A stretch of DNA of 64,000 nucleotides from Takakia lepidozioides (taxonomy: Eukaryota > Plantae > Bryophyta). The stretch's first letter is position 1. Each line of letters opens with the position of its first letter. A program made the position numbers and the translations under genes. The DNA lies in the NCBI GenBank assembly GCA_030704615.1, contig CM060732.1, positions 12,648,001 through 12,712,000 of the forward strand. Direction: 5' to 3'. The notes under the pieces are model-generated. The model was not told the origin of the DNA. It searched no databases and was given only the letters and a program-made list of their open reading frames with translations. Positions 13,200 through 25,591 of the stretch are shown here, one piece after another.

Positions 13200-13827
13200 T
13201 AGCGACAAGTGCTCCATACTCTGTTGGTATCACTGGCGCAGCCCGTGACTGCTTTTGCGTTTCAACATGCAAATCGTGCTGCAATGGTTTGTCATGGATA
13301 CCACTGTACCCCTTCAACTTATTGGCATTGACTCTTCCCAGCATCTCTTTGTTAATGGTTTGTAACATGGCGGTGTTGTTATCATACATCTTCTGTATGA
13401 CATAAGGTCATTTCCATGGTGATTTAAGCTTAGAAGCTTTAATCTTTCCCTTCTTCTGCAACCAGAGAACCAATTCTCCCGTCTTAAAAGTCTTTAATTT
13501 GCCTTCATCAAACTGTTCCTTTCTCTTCATCTGAATTCTGGTCATGTTATCAGCTGCATCAGCACGTACTTCTTCCACATGGTATAATTCATGTTTCCTG
13601 ACCTTAATTGAATCTTGCAATTCCATTCTCTTTCCCCATTCCGTTCTCATGGTAGGTAACAGGAATTCCACTGGAAGTAAAGCTTCCATACCATAAACTA
13701 ATTGGAATGGTGTATACTTAGTGGTGATTTTATATGAAGTCCTGTATGACCACAAAGCTGTCAGCAGCTTTGTATCCCAATCCGTTCTGTTTGCATTGAC
13801 TATTTTAGCCAAGATACTACATAGTAT
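13200..13827 (-). pseudogene. C-terminal half of a gypsy integrase, cut at its N-terminal side by a CACTA insertion
   Basis: DWDTKLLTALWSYRTSYK..TPFQLVYG..LLPVEF, then KLKSPWK*PY (GPY/F motif) and GRVNANKLKGY. Confidence 0.88.
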
Positions 13828-14379
13828 CACTACAACAAATTGCGGCTTTTACGTCTCTGTGTTATGACTGCAAATGCAGTCATGGAAGCCATTTACGACT
13901 TCCTGACTCTGCAGACGTAAAGACCTAGTCAGTTGTGACATGGCAGATATGACTCTCCAGGCTGGCTGTCACGTGGCGCCAGAGCAGCTGTGGGGGTAGT
14001 CATACACGCTGGCATTACTGAATGACTGAACGGGTCCATGTCAGCCGCTGTGTAATAGAGACACGTGCTCTCTACAGAACACGCCACGTGTCAGACTGCG
14101 ACGCCATCCGACTGCAGAGGAGGGAATCAGACGTCAGCATGTGTCGCATCGTGATTTTGACATGTGGTTCCTCATGTCAATTGACACGCGTCGCTGTTGG
14201 GGGTTTTAGATTTTCTTTATTGTTATTATAATTACTAAATTAATTATTATAATTATTTTTTATTATAATTATTATTACTGACCAACATGGGACAGTGGCA
14301 CATTATTAAATAACGAATTTTTGAAATTATATTCTTAGATAAAATATTTATTCGCTCAGATATCAAAACACACCCTTGC

Positions 14380-16980
14380 GGGGAATGAGAGTTTGCCTTA
14401 GTGCCTGTGCTGAATTGCATCTGCTACTGTTACCTGTTTATGGATACTTTTTTATTGTCACTTTGGCAGTATCATATCAAAGTCACTCCAAACTATCTAC
14501 CATCTACCCATGACCATCTACCCATGCAGGTTTCTTGTAGCTATCCTTCCACAGGGAATCATAGGTAATCTGGAGCTTGAAATCCGGCTTTCTTGGATGA
14601 TCTGGACCCACACTCTATCCCTGCTCCTTCAGCTATCCATGCCTCTGCATAGATCATGCATATATCCTTACATTGCTGTTAGCAGCTGACAATGACAGCC
14701 TACATTTGTTCCAGCAAACACCCAACTCAACTTACCACACTAGTTCCTATTCTCAATTGCATCTGTTACTCTCTGTAATCCAACAGGCATTTACCTTTTT
14801 GCCTCGGTTGTCCCACCATTGACTGGGGTCAGAAAAGTATTCATTCCACAGCTTCCCCTCATCTCCGTTAACTGTTTTTCGATACTTTCATGTTGTCACA
14901 TTGGCAATATCATGTCAAAGTCACTCCAAACTAGATTCACTCAACCAGCTAACTTGCAGACATTGAAATTTAGGGCCGGTTCTGATAAGAGGGAAAAACA
15001 GGGTGAAATGTGTTGAAGAAGGTGCCTTTATTAGCAGTGCTTGATTTTATCAATTGTGCCGCTACTCCTGCGGCTTCCAGTTCACCATCTACCCATGCAG
15101 GTTTCTTATAGCTAAATCCACAGGTAATCATAGGTAATCATGTGCTTGAAATTTGGCCCTCTTGGATGAATCTGGACCCATACTCTATCCCTGCTCTTTC
15201 AGCTATCACTGCTTCTGCACAAATCATGCATACTTCCTTGCCTTGCAGCTGATAATGACAGCCTACATTTGTTCTAGGAAACACCCAACTCAGCTTATCA
15301 CACTAGTTCCTATGCTGAATTGCGTCTGCCCTCTATAATCTAACAGACATTAACCTTTTTCCCTCGGTTGTCCCACCATTCCACAACTTCTCCTCGTCTC
15401 TGTGACCTGTTTCTGGATACTTTCCTGTTGTCACATTGGCATCATGTCAAAGTTCAGATCGACATCTAGTACAATTCCACCACGAACCTCTTTGCTATTT
15501 TGCAGGGCTGCCAGGCTTGCACACATGTTGCAAATGTAACAAACGTGATGTGGTTGCGCTGCAGTATCCCTTCCCACACCACTTGCTCATAGACCTCTCC
15601 AAAGGGCCTCCATCCCGTGCCGCTGTTGTGCATATCCTGGGATCATCATCCTCCATGCACCCCAATTTGGCATACAAGTCCACAAGGGCATAGTTCAGAA
15701 CAACATTTGTTTAATTCCAGCTTGGACGATCAACATCACAAACCCCGTCTTCACTCATTGCCTACTCTAGGTAAGTGCAATTATGGGCTAGGCTGGTACC
15801 ACATCTCATTCAGCCATATTATCAAAACAACCATGTATCTTTGTAGTTGCACCCTGCAACCTTGGCATACATGTCCACTACGGCAACGTTCAGAATCACA
15901 TCAAATACAATACCAGCTTTGACAATATCACCGTGGACCTCTATACCTTTTTTCAGGGCTGCCAGGCGTGCATTTGACATACATATCCACCAAGGCAGTG
16001 TTTAGAGTGACATCTAGTGGTACAATTCCAGATTTGATAATGGACCTTTGCGTCCTTTCCAGGGCTACCAGGCTCGCATTTGACATACATGTACACTAGG
16101 GGAATGTTCAGAATGACATCAGGTACAATTCCAGCTTTGATGATGTCACCATGAACCTCTTGGCCCCTTCCCAGGGCTGCTAGGCTCGCATATGCATATT
16201 AACAAACACAAATGAACATGACCTGGTTTGGCTTCATCCTTTCCCACATCATTTGTTCTTAGGTTTCCAAAGCCTTACTCCCACACCTATGCTACACACA
16301 CCTTACAATCATGGCAGTCCACAACACCACATCTCATTTAGCCATGTTGTCGAACTCTCCCTTTGCATCAGGCTTGCTGCACCCACATTTGGCATACATG
16401 TCCACTAGGGCAGTGGTCAGAATGACAACTAGTACAGTTTCAGCTTTGACGATGGCACATGGCCAAGAGATATCCCAATATCCCGCTACCAATGGGTTCA
16501 ATGCATACTCTTGTCACATTGGCAGTATCATGTCAAAGTCACTCCAACTAGATTCACTCAACCAGCTAACTTGCAGAATTGAACATGAAAATTTAGGGCC
16601 GATTCTGATAAGAGGGGAAAATAGGGTGAAATGTGTTTCAGAAGGTGCCTTCATTAGCAGTGCTTGATTGTATCAATTGTGCTGCTGCTGCTGCGGCTTC
16701 CAATTGACCATCTACCCATGCAGGTTTCTTGTATCTATCCTTCCACAGGGAATCATAGATAATCTGGAGCTTGAAATCTGGCCCTCTTCCACACTCTATC
16801 CCTGCTCCTTCAGCTATCTATGCCTCTGCACAAAATCATGCATACAACAATCATTCCAGCAAACACCCCCAACCCTACTTATCAATGAGCAACAAGCTAA
16901 CTTACATAATTCAATATGCATCTCAAGGCCGAGTCTGATGAGAGGGCAAAACAGGCTGAAATAGGTCGAAGAAGAACCCA
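14380..16980. repeat. Degenerate internally duplicated blocks (3-4 copies)
   Basis: gtcacattggca.tatcatgtcaaagtcactccaaacta recurs at ~14457, 14895, 15431 and 16513. accatctacccatgcaggtttctt recurs at ~14513, 15083 and 16707. Confidence 0.85.
15470..16460 (-). pseudogene. Fragmented PLS-class pentatricopeptide repeat (PPR) gene
   Basis: Manual minus-strand translation gives ILTTALVDMYAKCG..FDNM..DVVLWTAMI, MKPNQVMFICV..ASLAALGRGQEVHGDIIKAGIVPDV, LNTALVDMYVKC, ARLAALKKGIEVHGDIVKAG, NVAVVDMYAK and ALVDLYAKLG. These are P/L/S motif signatures with stops and frameshifts. Confidence 0.85.
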
Positions 16981-17273
16981 TAGAGGATTTGACCGACCAT
17001 CAACCCAAAAGGACCTCTTGTGTGTGCTGCTTGTGTCTTGTAGTCAGGTAATGTCGGATTGGTCTGTGAGAACCAGCACGGTGCAGATGAGCAGGCAGAG
17101 ATTGAAACACGGCCTGCTAAGACCAAGCTGACTCTCCCAAGAACCTTGAAACATCAGGAAGAATATCAAATCATGGTACTTACGGGAGCCAACAGCCCAC
17201 ATTTGCAGGATGAACAAACTTCTTCACATCGTACATTAAGGAAAAGCCACACCTTGCCATTGCGGTTGTCGCA

Positions 17274-20253
17274 GTCGGAAACGCCCAAATCCGTGGGAGG
17301 GCGAATAAACCTTCTGTCAGCAAAGGAGTGGGCCGTGGAGGAGGCACACGAGTCCCAGTTTTTGCTTTACATTAGAGAAGTGAAAGGAGAAGGCGATGGG
17401 GAGCCGAGCCCAGATTGGATCAAGGGGATTTTGGAGAAATACCAGGATGTGATGCTGGAGGATTTACCAAGCGGCTTGCCACCGCGAAGAGGAGTTGACC
17501 ACAAGATTGAGGTGATACCGGGATCGGAACCGCCTGCCAAGGCGCCCTACCGGTTGAGCCACAGAGAGTTGGTCGAGCTGAAGACTCAGCTCAAGGATCT
17601 AATGTCAAAGGGGTACATCCGGCCAAGTAAGTCACCTTATGGAGCCCCGGTGCTATTCGCAGACAAGAAGGATGGGACGTTGCGGATGTGTGTCGATTAC
17701 AGGGCTTTGAATAAGGTGACTATTAAAAATCGGTACCCTTTGCCAATGATCGACGACCTTTTCGACCGGTTGGCAGGAGCGAAGTATTTCAGCCGGATCG
17801 ACTTGCGCTCCGGCTATCATCAAATTCGGGTGGCGGAAGGAGATGAGGAGAAGACCGCGTGCAGGACAAGGTATGGTTCATATGAGTTCTTGGTGATGCC
17901 TTTTGGGCTCACTAATGCACCGGCGACCTTTAGCACGCTGATGAACAGCCTTTTTCAGGAGTGGTTGGATGACTTTGTGATCGTGTACATCGACGACATC
18001 TTGGTGTACTCGAAAACAAAGGAGGAACACCTGGAGCACCTCAAAAGGGTGTTCCAAAAGTTGCGAGAAGGGAAGCTGTACGCCAAAGCTTCAAAATGCG
18101 AATTCGGGGTCACGAAAGTGGAGTTCTTGGGGCATGTGATTACACAGGATGGGATCAAAATGGATGACAGAAAGGTGAGGGCGATCTTGGACTGGGAGCC
18201 TCCGACTTCGGTCCTGGGAGTGCGATCCTTCCTAGGACTCGCCTCCTATTACCGGAAGTATGTGAGAAATTTCGCCAAGATCGCTGGGCCGCTGTCGGGC
18301 CTTCTGTGTAAATCCAAAGTCTGGGTATGGAACACATTTTGTGGCCAAGCTTTTGCTGAATTGAAGCAGCGGATGGCGGAAGCTCCATTCTTGAAAATCC
18401 CGGAGTTCGATCGTCCATTTGAGATTCATACAGATGCGTCGGACTTTGCGATTGGGGGTGTACTTATGCAAGATGAACGTCCAGTGGCTTACGAAAGTAA
18501 GAAACTGAATGAAGTGGAGCGACGGTGGCCGACGCACGAAAAAGAGATGAAGGCGGTGGTGCACTGTCTTGAGCTTTGGCGCCACTATGTTGGTTCCAAC
18601 CCAGTGAAGGTGTTCACGGACAATGTCACGGTGAAGTATTTTGCCACGCAGCCCAAGTTGTCCCCAAAACAACTTAGGTGGCAAGATACTTTGGCGGTGT
18701 TCGACGTGGATATCCAGTACAAACCGGGACGAGACAACGTGGTGGCCGATGCTTTAAGTAGAAAGCAGCAGCTCTTGTTGGTGTACAAGGGCGAGACGGC
18801 GCTCCAAAGGAAGATCCGGAAGGCTTACCGGAAGGATGAGCTGGCGAAGTCCGTGATGCAGGACTTGAGGATGGGGGTTAAATCGCAGTTCCACTTGCAA
18901 AATGGACTGCTCCGGTATAAGCAAAAACGTCTCTATGTGCCCAAGGGAGGGATCAGAGATAGCCTCGTGAGAGAATGCCATGATAGCCCGCTTGCGGGCC
19001 ACGGCGGAGCCAAGCGCACTGCGGCACTCTTGAAGAAAGAGTATTTCTGGCCCAAACTGAGGGAGGAGGCAGAGGAGTATGTCAAGACATGCACCACATG
19101 CCAACAAAACCGGAGCGAGTACAAAAAGCAAGCTGGGCTGTTACAACCCTTGCCGATTCTAGAGGGGACTTGGGAAAGCGTCTCGATGGATTTCATGACT
19201 GCTATGTCGCTGTCAAAAGAATTCGATGCAATCATGGTGGTGGTGGATACGTTCAGTAAAATGGGCCATTTCATCCCCACCAAGGAGACGACAACGGCGC
19301 AGGAGACAGGGCGACTTTACTTCGCCCACGTCTTAAAGCATTATGGAGTCCCGAAGGATATTGTCTCGGATCGCGATCCAAAGTTTACGAGTAAATTTTG
19401 GAGGACACTTTGGAAGAAGATGGGGACGAGGCTGAAGATGAGCACCGCCTTCCGACCTACGACGGACGGCCAAACAGAAAGAGTGAATTCCGTAGTGAAG
19501 CAATTCTTGCGGAATTACGTGTCGGCAGACCAATCAGACTGGATGGAACACTTAGACGCGACAGAGTTCTGTTATAATAACACAGAACACTCCGCAACGG
19601 GATTTTCCCCTTTCGTATTGGTCTATGGAAAAGCACCTCTGGTGCCGACAAGTTGGGCCGCCCAGGACGTTGAGGAACCGGCAGTAGCGGCGGTACTGGA
19701 AGAACGCGAGCGTTTGTTGAAGCTCGCAAAGTACAACATTGCCAAAGCTAGGAAACGGTATGAAAGGTAGGCGAATCGGAAGCGGAGGGAAGTGAAGTTT
19801 GAGGCAGGCACAGAGGTCTGGTTGAACATCAAGAATTTCCGACTACCTCCGGAAGTGAGTCCGAAGTTCGTACCTCCGTATGCGGGACCCTTTCGCATTC
19901 GGAAGGTTATGAATGAGGATGTGTATGAATTGGAGCTGCCGGCAAACAGCAAGGTGTATCCAGTATTCCATGTCTCCCTTTTGAAGCCTTACTTCAAAGA
20001 TGAAGCGCGTCCGAATCGGCATCAAGTGTTGCGTCCGCCACCTATGCTATTGAATCATGAAAATGAACCTGAGTACGAGGTGGAGGCAATACTTAAGTCG
20101 AAGAGGTTCAAGAACCGAGAAACTGAGTATCTCGTCAAATGGAAGGGCTATCATCATGTGGAGGCATCTTGGGTGCGTGCTTCAGAAATGGGAAACGCAT
20201 CCGAGGCGGTTGCAGCTTTCGAAGGGCGACCTCAAAAGCGGAAGAAGCGTTGA
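17274..20253 (+). pseudogene. Pol remnant of copy C with a premature stop at 19768-19770
   Basis: Nearly identical to A's Pol. A CAG>TAG change after RKRYER separates the GPF/chromodomain tail (19792-20253). Confidence 0.92.
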
Positions 20254-21157
20254 TGGGGACATCAACCTTGGAGCGTGGGGGAGGAAATGCATGCTTAGCC
20301 CGGCTTAGCTAGCTTAGGAATCCGATTACAAAAACTTATATTGTACAAAAATTTGTTATAAAGGAAATGGGTTCCAAATGTTGTGCGTCCTATTTTGTTT
20401 GGAATGGTGATGCATGGTATGGTTGGCTAGTGTGTAGAATGCATGCTAGCTTATAAAAGTGGGAGAGGTAAATTGGGTTAATCGTGTGTTTGCGTAGTGC
20501 CGAAATCGGGTGACCCCCATCCAAGGGGCAAAGAAACTTGCGACTTCTTTGGGAGTTCACGTGCTAGTGCGCACCTGGCGCGTGCGCGTACTATAACTGC
20601 GCTATCGAGGGGGTTGCCTTGTAGTGCGGGCTAACGCGGAAGCTACGTGCTTCCGTTCACGTACTATAATCGTGTAGCCTCGGGACGAAGTCGTAGTGCG
20701 GCTTCGGCGTGTTCCCGTACCTCAGGCCAACATTCCAAGGCGGACCCAATTGTAGTGATTGGGGCACACGGTTGGTTCAAGGTTATCTTCCTAGTCAAAG
20801 AGGGTTCCAGGGAACCCTTGCTCAAGGTGATGCCAAAAGCGACATCATGAGCGGTCGCAAGCAATGTTTTTGCAGTAAGGCGATTTGATCCTCGGGGAGG
20901 ATCGTTCCTTGGCCTAGAAGTAGGCCAAGAAGAGTGCACTGGGAGGAGCTTGAGAGGCTCCACCCTTGGCCGGGACTTGGAGGAAGTTGGCCGAACTAGC
21001 TAGTGGAGAGTAGAGTCAAGTGTGGGGTTTGGTTCTTTGCCATGGGACGCCATGGTACGGAAACAAACTCCTTGATGTGGGACGCCACAACTTGGATGTT
21101 CGTTTCTACAAAATGGACAAGTCGATGAGGACATCGACTCCTGTTGGTAGGGGTGTG

Positions 21158-21879
21158 TGTCGCGGCCCTTTGCCTTGAGAGCAGGGGGGTCGGGACACAA
21201 GAGGGGCTGCCCCTATGGTGGGGGCAGTAGCAGCGATAGGTACGGGGGCTGAAGCACCCTTGAGTGCCCAAGGCACTCAAGGAGGCGGAGGCGCTCACTA
21301 GGTGGAGCCCCGCACACCGGGTTGCGGTGGGGGTGGCTCCACAAGGGGTGGTGGTAGCTTAGCGGGACTTAGTGGGGGTGGCATAGGACTCACCATGGGG
21401 TGGAGACCTCGAGGTGGGAGTCATGGGGAGTCTTGGGACTCATCACGGTCCATTGGGGCCGCGGTGAGTGGGCCAAGACTCACCGCGACTCACCACCGGG
21501 AATCGAGGGTCTTCGTGGTGGTTCGCCATAAAATGGCATGGCTGTGAAACCCCCGCGGACAGCTACAGAAGTATATATAGGGAGTAGTAACCTCGAGAAC
21601 GGTGCAAGCCCGTTGGTGACCAAAAACTAGTGAGTAAGCGTGCGAAGCGGAAAGCGACCAAAGAGTGGGGAGCTGTTCCGGACTGCCAACTACAAAAGGG
21701 AATTCCCGCTGGTTACAAAGCGGTGGAGGGTTCTTTGGGAGAACAAAGGGGGACCGTTATGCCCCGGTGAGCAGCCGAAGCTCCAAGTTGGCCCGGCGGC
21801 CAGGTTGGGAGTCAGGCGCGCGCATCAAAGCGAGTAACTATGACTTGAAGGGGAGCTTACCGAAGTGAGGTGCGTGACA
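21158..21879 (+). repeat. 3' LTR of copy C
   Basis: TGTCGCGGCCC...GGTGCGTGACA. Clearly homologous to A's LTRs but visibly diverged. Confidence 0.93.
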
Positions 21880-22815
21880 CTATATAAGGGCAAGATCTTC
21901 CCTCTCATTTCATTCAGTCTCGGCGAAGCCCTGCCGAATTGTGGAGTACAGGTGCAAGATTGATTGAAGAGTGGTGGAAGGGTGGTGGAAGGACGAAGAG
22001 TGGTGTTTCATCTCTGCATGTTTGTTAGTCATTCTCTATCAGTATTTTCCAGAAGAGTTACACACTGAACTCACGCAGTATTTGCTTTTTTAGCCTGGCA
22101 CAACGAAGAGGTGCTGTTCCATTAGACTTTCTCTTTGTTTTGTCGCTCTATTCTGAATCTCATTTATGTGTCTTCGTCTTCTCCAGTTATACCATTGAAT
22201 GTGATGGGAGATCTCCCGTCATCTTGAGTAGATCATTTCCAATTTGTCTGGAACTTTATTTTATTTTTATCTTTTTCCGCCCATAGGAGATCACAGAACG
22301 GGAGACCTCCCGTGATCCCTTAGTGTTATTTGCATCTGTGGTGTGCATAGATTCTATCTTGCACAATCCAGAATTGTTTTGTGGATTCTCACTTAAGGGT
22401 GAGGCGACTATAAGGGGAGATCTCCCATCATCCTGCGGAGTGTTGCCGCATTTGATATATTCATCTTTTCTATTTTTTTTGCTTCCCATTTTTTACTTGA
22501 GGGCATAGCAGGGGAGATCTCCCGTGGCTGAAGATGGTTACCACCTGTGGACAGTTGTCTGTCGGAGAAGCCGTGAATTTAATCCAACTTGTCGGCTCTC
22601 CAGTTCCCAGAATTGTCGCTGAGGGTACATATCTGAATACGTCTGGAGAGGGATTTCGTCTCTCTAGTAGTTTAGTGAGCGTCATATTGAAAACCGTGAT
22701 ATATGGAATGGAGTCAATTAGCTTGCCGTATTCACATCCAGACGGAGACTCTTGGAGAAACCCTGGGAACACCGATTGTATGGAAAGTTAGTGAAGTTGA
22801 GAAACTTGTGCGAAT

Positions 22816-25591
22816 GGAGGGTGAGGTGTGCTTGTCCGATGCTGGAGCAAGCACAAATGTTTTGGAGGATACAATACAGAAGGACAATACAGATGGTGTT
22901 GAAGGCGCAGGAACAAAAGTTTCACAAGAGACACAAAAAAGAAGCGTGCCCAGCGTCAGAAAGGTGCAAATCATATATTCGGAAGAGATACTTGGAGTAA
23001 TCAGATGTGCAATCTTCTCAATGACGAGATGGACGTCATCGCTGAGGGACGGGTTGTGGCGTGTCTACCTGATGAAGTTATTCTCGGTGAAAACCTTGGG
23101 GAGGAGCATGTCGGTGTAACTGTTACAGCTGTCTCTGGGTCAGCTCAGGATATGCTAATGACCATTACGAAATGACGGCTTACACATACAAAACTTCGAG
23201 ACGGCCGAAAACTATCAGAGTTGCTCACAAAGTTTTATGAAGAGCACGAGTCAGACACGGAGGATGACCACCTCAAAGGAGTTAAGAAATTGCAGTATAA
23301 ATGTTTGAAACGAGTTCGAAAAGGAGATGAGAACTCTGGGGGGAAGAAATTGATCCGACTCTTAAATTCGGAGTCAATTCAAGTAGTAAGCTCTGTGAGC
23401 TGTTGTGCTCAAAACTGTTGTCAACACTTCAGCTAGGAAAAAAGGCTATCCGGAGTAAGTTCTTGGCATCTTCTTTTGATGCAAAGAGAGAGTTAGGGTT
23501 TGACATCGCACGACGACTACACCGACTATCAGGTTGTGGTCGTCATGCCTACCTTACCCTTTAGCAAAACTGTCCTAATCCTTTGACAGATAAGCAAGAT
23601 CTTCCCAATTAGATGTTGGAATATTCGATCTCAATTTCAATATCCACAAGAGGTCTCCCGTCCCTAATATAATACCAACTCTATATATTGTTGACAATTG
23701 GATCAGACGAACAAACGAATGGGCTTGAAGGAATTGTCGAAGTCTGGAATTAGCTGAATTTGAACGAAACTTTTTGGGAATGTTGAGGTTCGGAAACCTG
23801 GTGGAAAATTCACGAAATGCACAGATTGTGAGATGTTCAAAGATCTTATCCAGAAGTCAGTCAGCGGAACTGAGGAGCAGAGAAAGCACAAAAGGAAATT
23901 TGAGAGACATTTGAAGCATCAGGAGTCATGTCGCAGGCTTTATCGTAGTTGGCGAAATGAATCGATGATGATGGGTGAGGAGTTTCTGTGTATTATACAC
24001 GATAAGATGGATCACTCGAAGATTGCGTTGCCCCCATCTAGTCTCGGTCAACTACCTATATCCCTAACAGGTATGGTGACTCATGGCCATGGTGATGGTG
24101 CTTATGCTCAGTTCACGAACGAGTTCTGGCCAAGTGATCCTAACTTGACAATCAGTTCCTTGGCTCGTTGTCTTCGCGCTCAAGCCCACGTGTCAAGACT
24201 CAAGAGAAATTTCCGATCATCCAATGCAGAACTCCTTTTTCGAAACTCTAATGAGGGGAAAGTCTCGATGTGAGAAAGCACTGAAGCCTAGGGTATCCCA
24301 AGGCCCTGTTCGAGCCAAACCATTACCCCGTCGACTATACCTGCAAATGGACAATTCTTCAAGAGAGAACAAAAATCGCTAGATGCTTGTTTTTTTTTAT
24401 CACTCTTGACGGCGAGAGGTGTTTTTGAAGAGATCCAGCTTGGATTCCTGATGGTTGGTCATACCCACGAGGATATTGATGCATACTTTAGTTATCTGTC
24501 GAAGAAGTTGAAACAGAAGAGCACATATATCCTTCCGGATCTCATGCGCCTCTTTATGGAGTCTCAAAACTTGTCATTTATTCCTCAACTGATCAATACA
24601 AGAGGTCGCAGACTTCAAGAAGTTTGTGGATGGATATATTATTGATGGGAGCGATGCGCTAATCGGCACATCTGAAATGCACATCTTCAAGTTCTATGTG
24701 GATTGTGACGGTTGGCCTGTAATGAAGTATAAGAAATCGGCAACCAACGCTGACTGGCTTCCGAAGCAGGGTGCAGTCAAAATGTGGAAGGTTGCTAAGA
24801 ACGGGAGGTCTCCCCTGCTACCCCAGGGGGTCCCGGAACCTGTTCCATTGCAGCCTATTTGGGGAATAAAGCCAGACGCCAGGGAAAAAAATGCCAGTAT
24901 TGTAAATGGCCTTTCGAAGTACCGCGAATTCTGGAGACGTGGGATGGATCTCGACAAGAACTACGAAAATATCATGAAGAACTACGATAAGTATTGGAAG
25001 GATGTTCTTATTGAACTTGGTAAGCCATTGCCTGAGCCAAAGGACAAGCTGGAGGACGGGTTTTGGCCTTCGACTTTGTGACAAGATAACCATGACAGAG
25101 ATGGGATTATGGTTAAATGTGAGAGTCAGGAGGAGTCAGAGGAGGAAGATCGCAACCAGCCGGATCCCTATTGTGGGCCAAAGAGTCAGAGACCTAAAGA
25201 GCCGATGAACCCATCCAAAGATATTGAAATTGAAAACTTCGTACTTGTTCGACCACTAGACACAGAGACATATCCAGTTTGGATGGGTGTGGCAATCTCT
25301 GATGTTGTTCGTGACCGTTCAGATGAGAGCTATCGGCAAGTCCTTCTGGAGTGGTGGAGACCTAAAGGTGCTGCAGCGGAGGACGTGGACATGTATAGAA
25401 ACTGCTGGGACAAAGCTTGGGAGTTCAATGAATCTGATCCACCAAAGTGGATACATACGAACAGTGTGGTGTGGACAATGCGACCTCGGAAGAACACCTC
25501 CAAGTGGAGCTCTAGACGTATTGGAAAGGCCGAAGCAGTTAAAGCGAAAGCAAATCCATATGCTGCGAACAATCAAAGTGAGTCTGATTAA
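22816..25591 (+). pseudogene. Sola1-type (DUF7869-like) DDE/D transposase pseudogene
   Basis: CCAQNCCQHF, FTKCTDC..HLKHQ, CIIHDKMD, RLYLQMDNSSRENKNR and FLMVGHTHEDIDAYFS match the D..DN..NKN..GHT.D catalytic pattern. The C-terminus reads FVLVRP..PVWMG..EWWRP. Multiple stops and frameshifts. Confidence 0.8.

Larger units (their letters stand above)
13828..17273 (+). mobile_element. CACTA (En/Spm) transposon left end and internal region; right end lost
   Basis: CACTACAACAAA starts exactly where the integrase frame breaks. It is followed by GC-rich subterminal motifs (cacgtg, gacgt), an AT-rich tract, internal duplications and gene fragments. No matching right TIR or TSD found. Confidence 0.6.
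17274..21879 (+). mobile_element. 5'-truncated sister copy of chromovirus A (copy C): RT-RNase H-integrase-chromodomain plus 3' LTR
   Basis: Reverse complement of A from gtcggaaacgcc (SETPK) onward. No gag, protease or 5' LTR. PPT and TG..CA LTR present. Confidence 0.95.
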
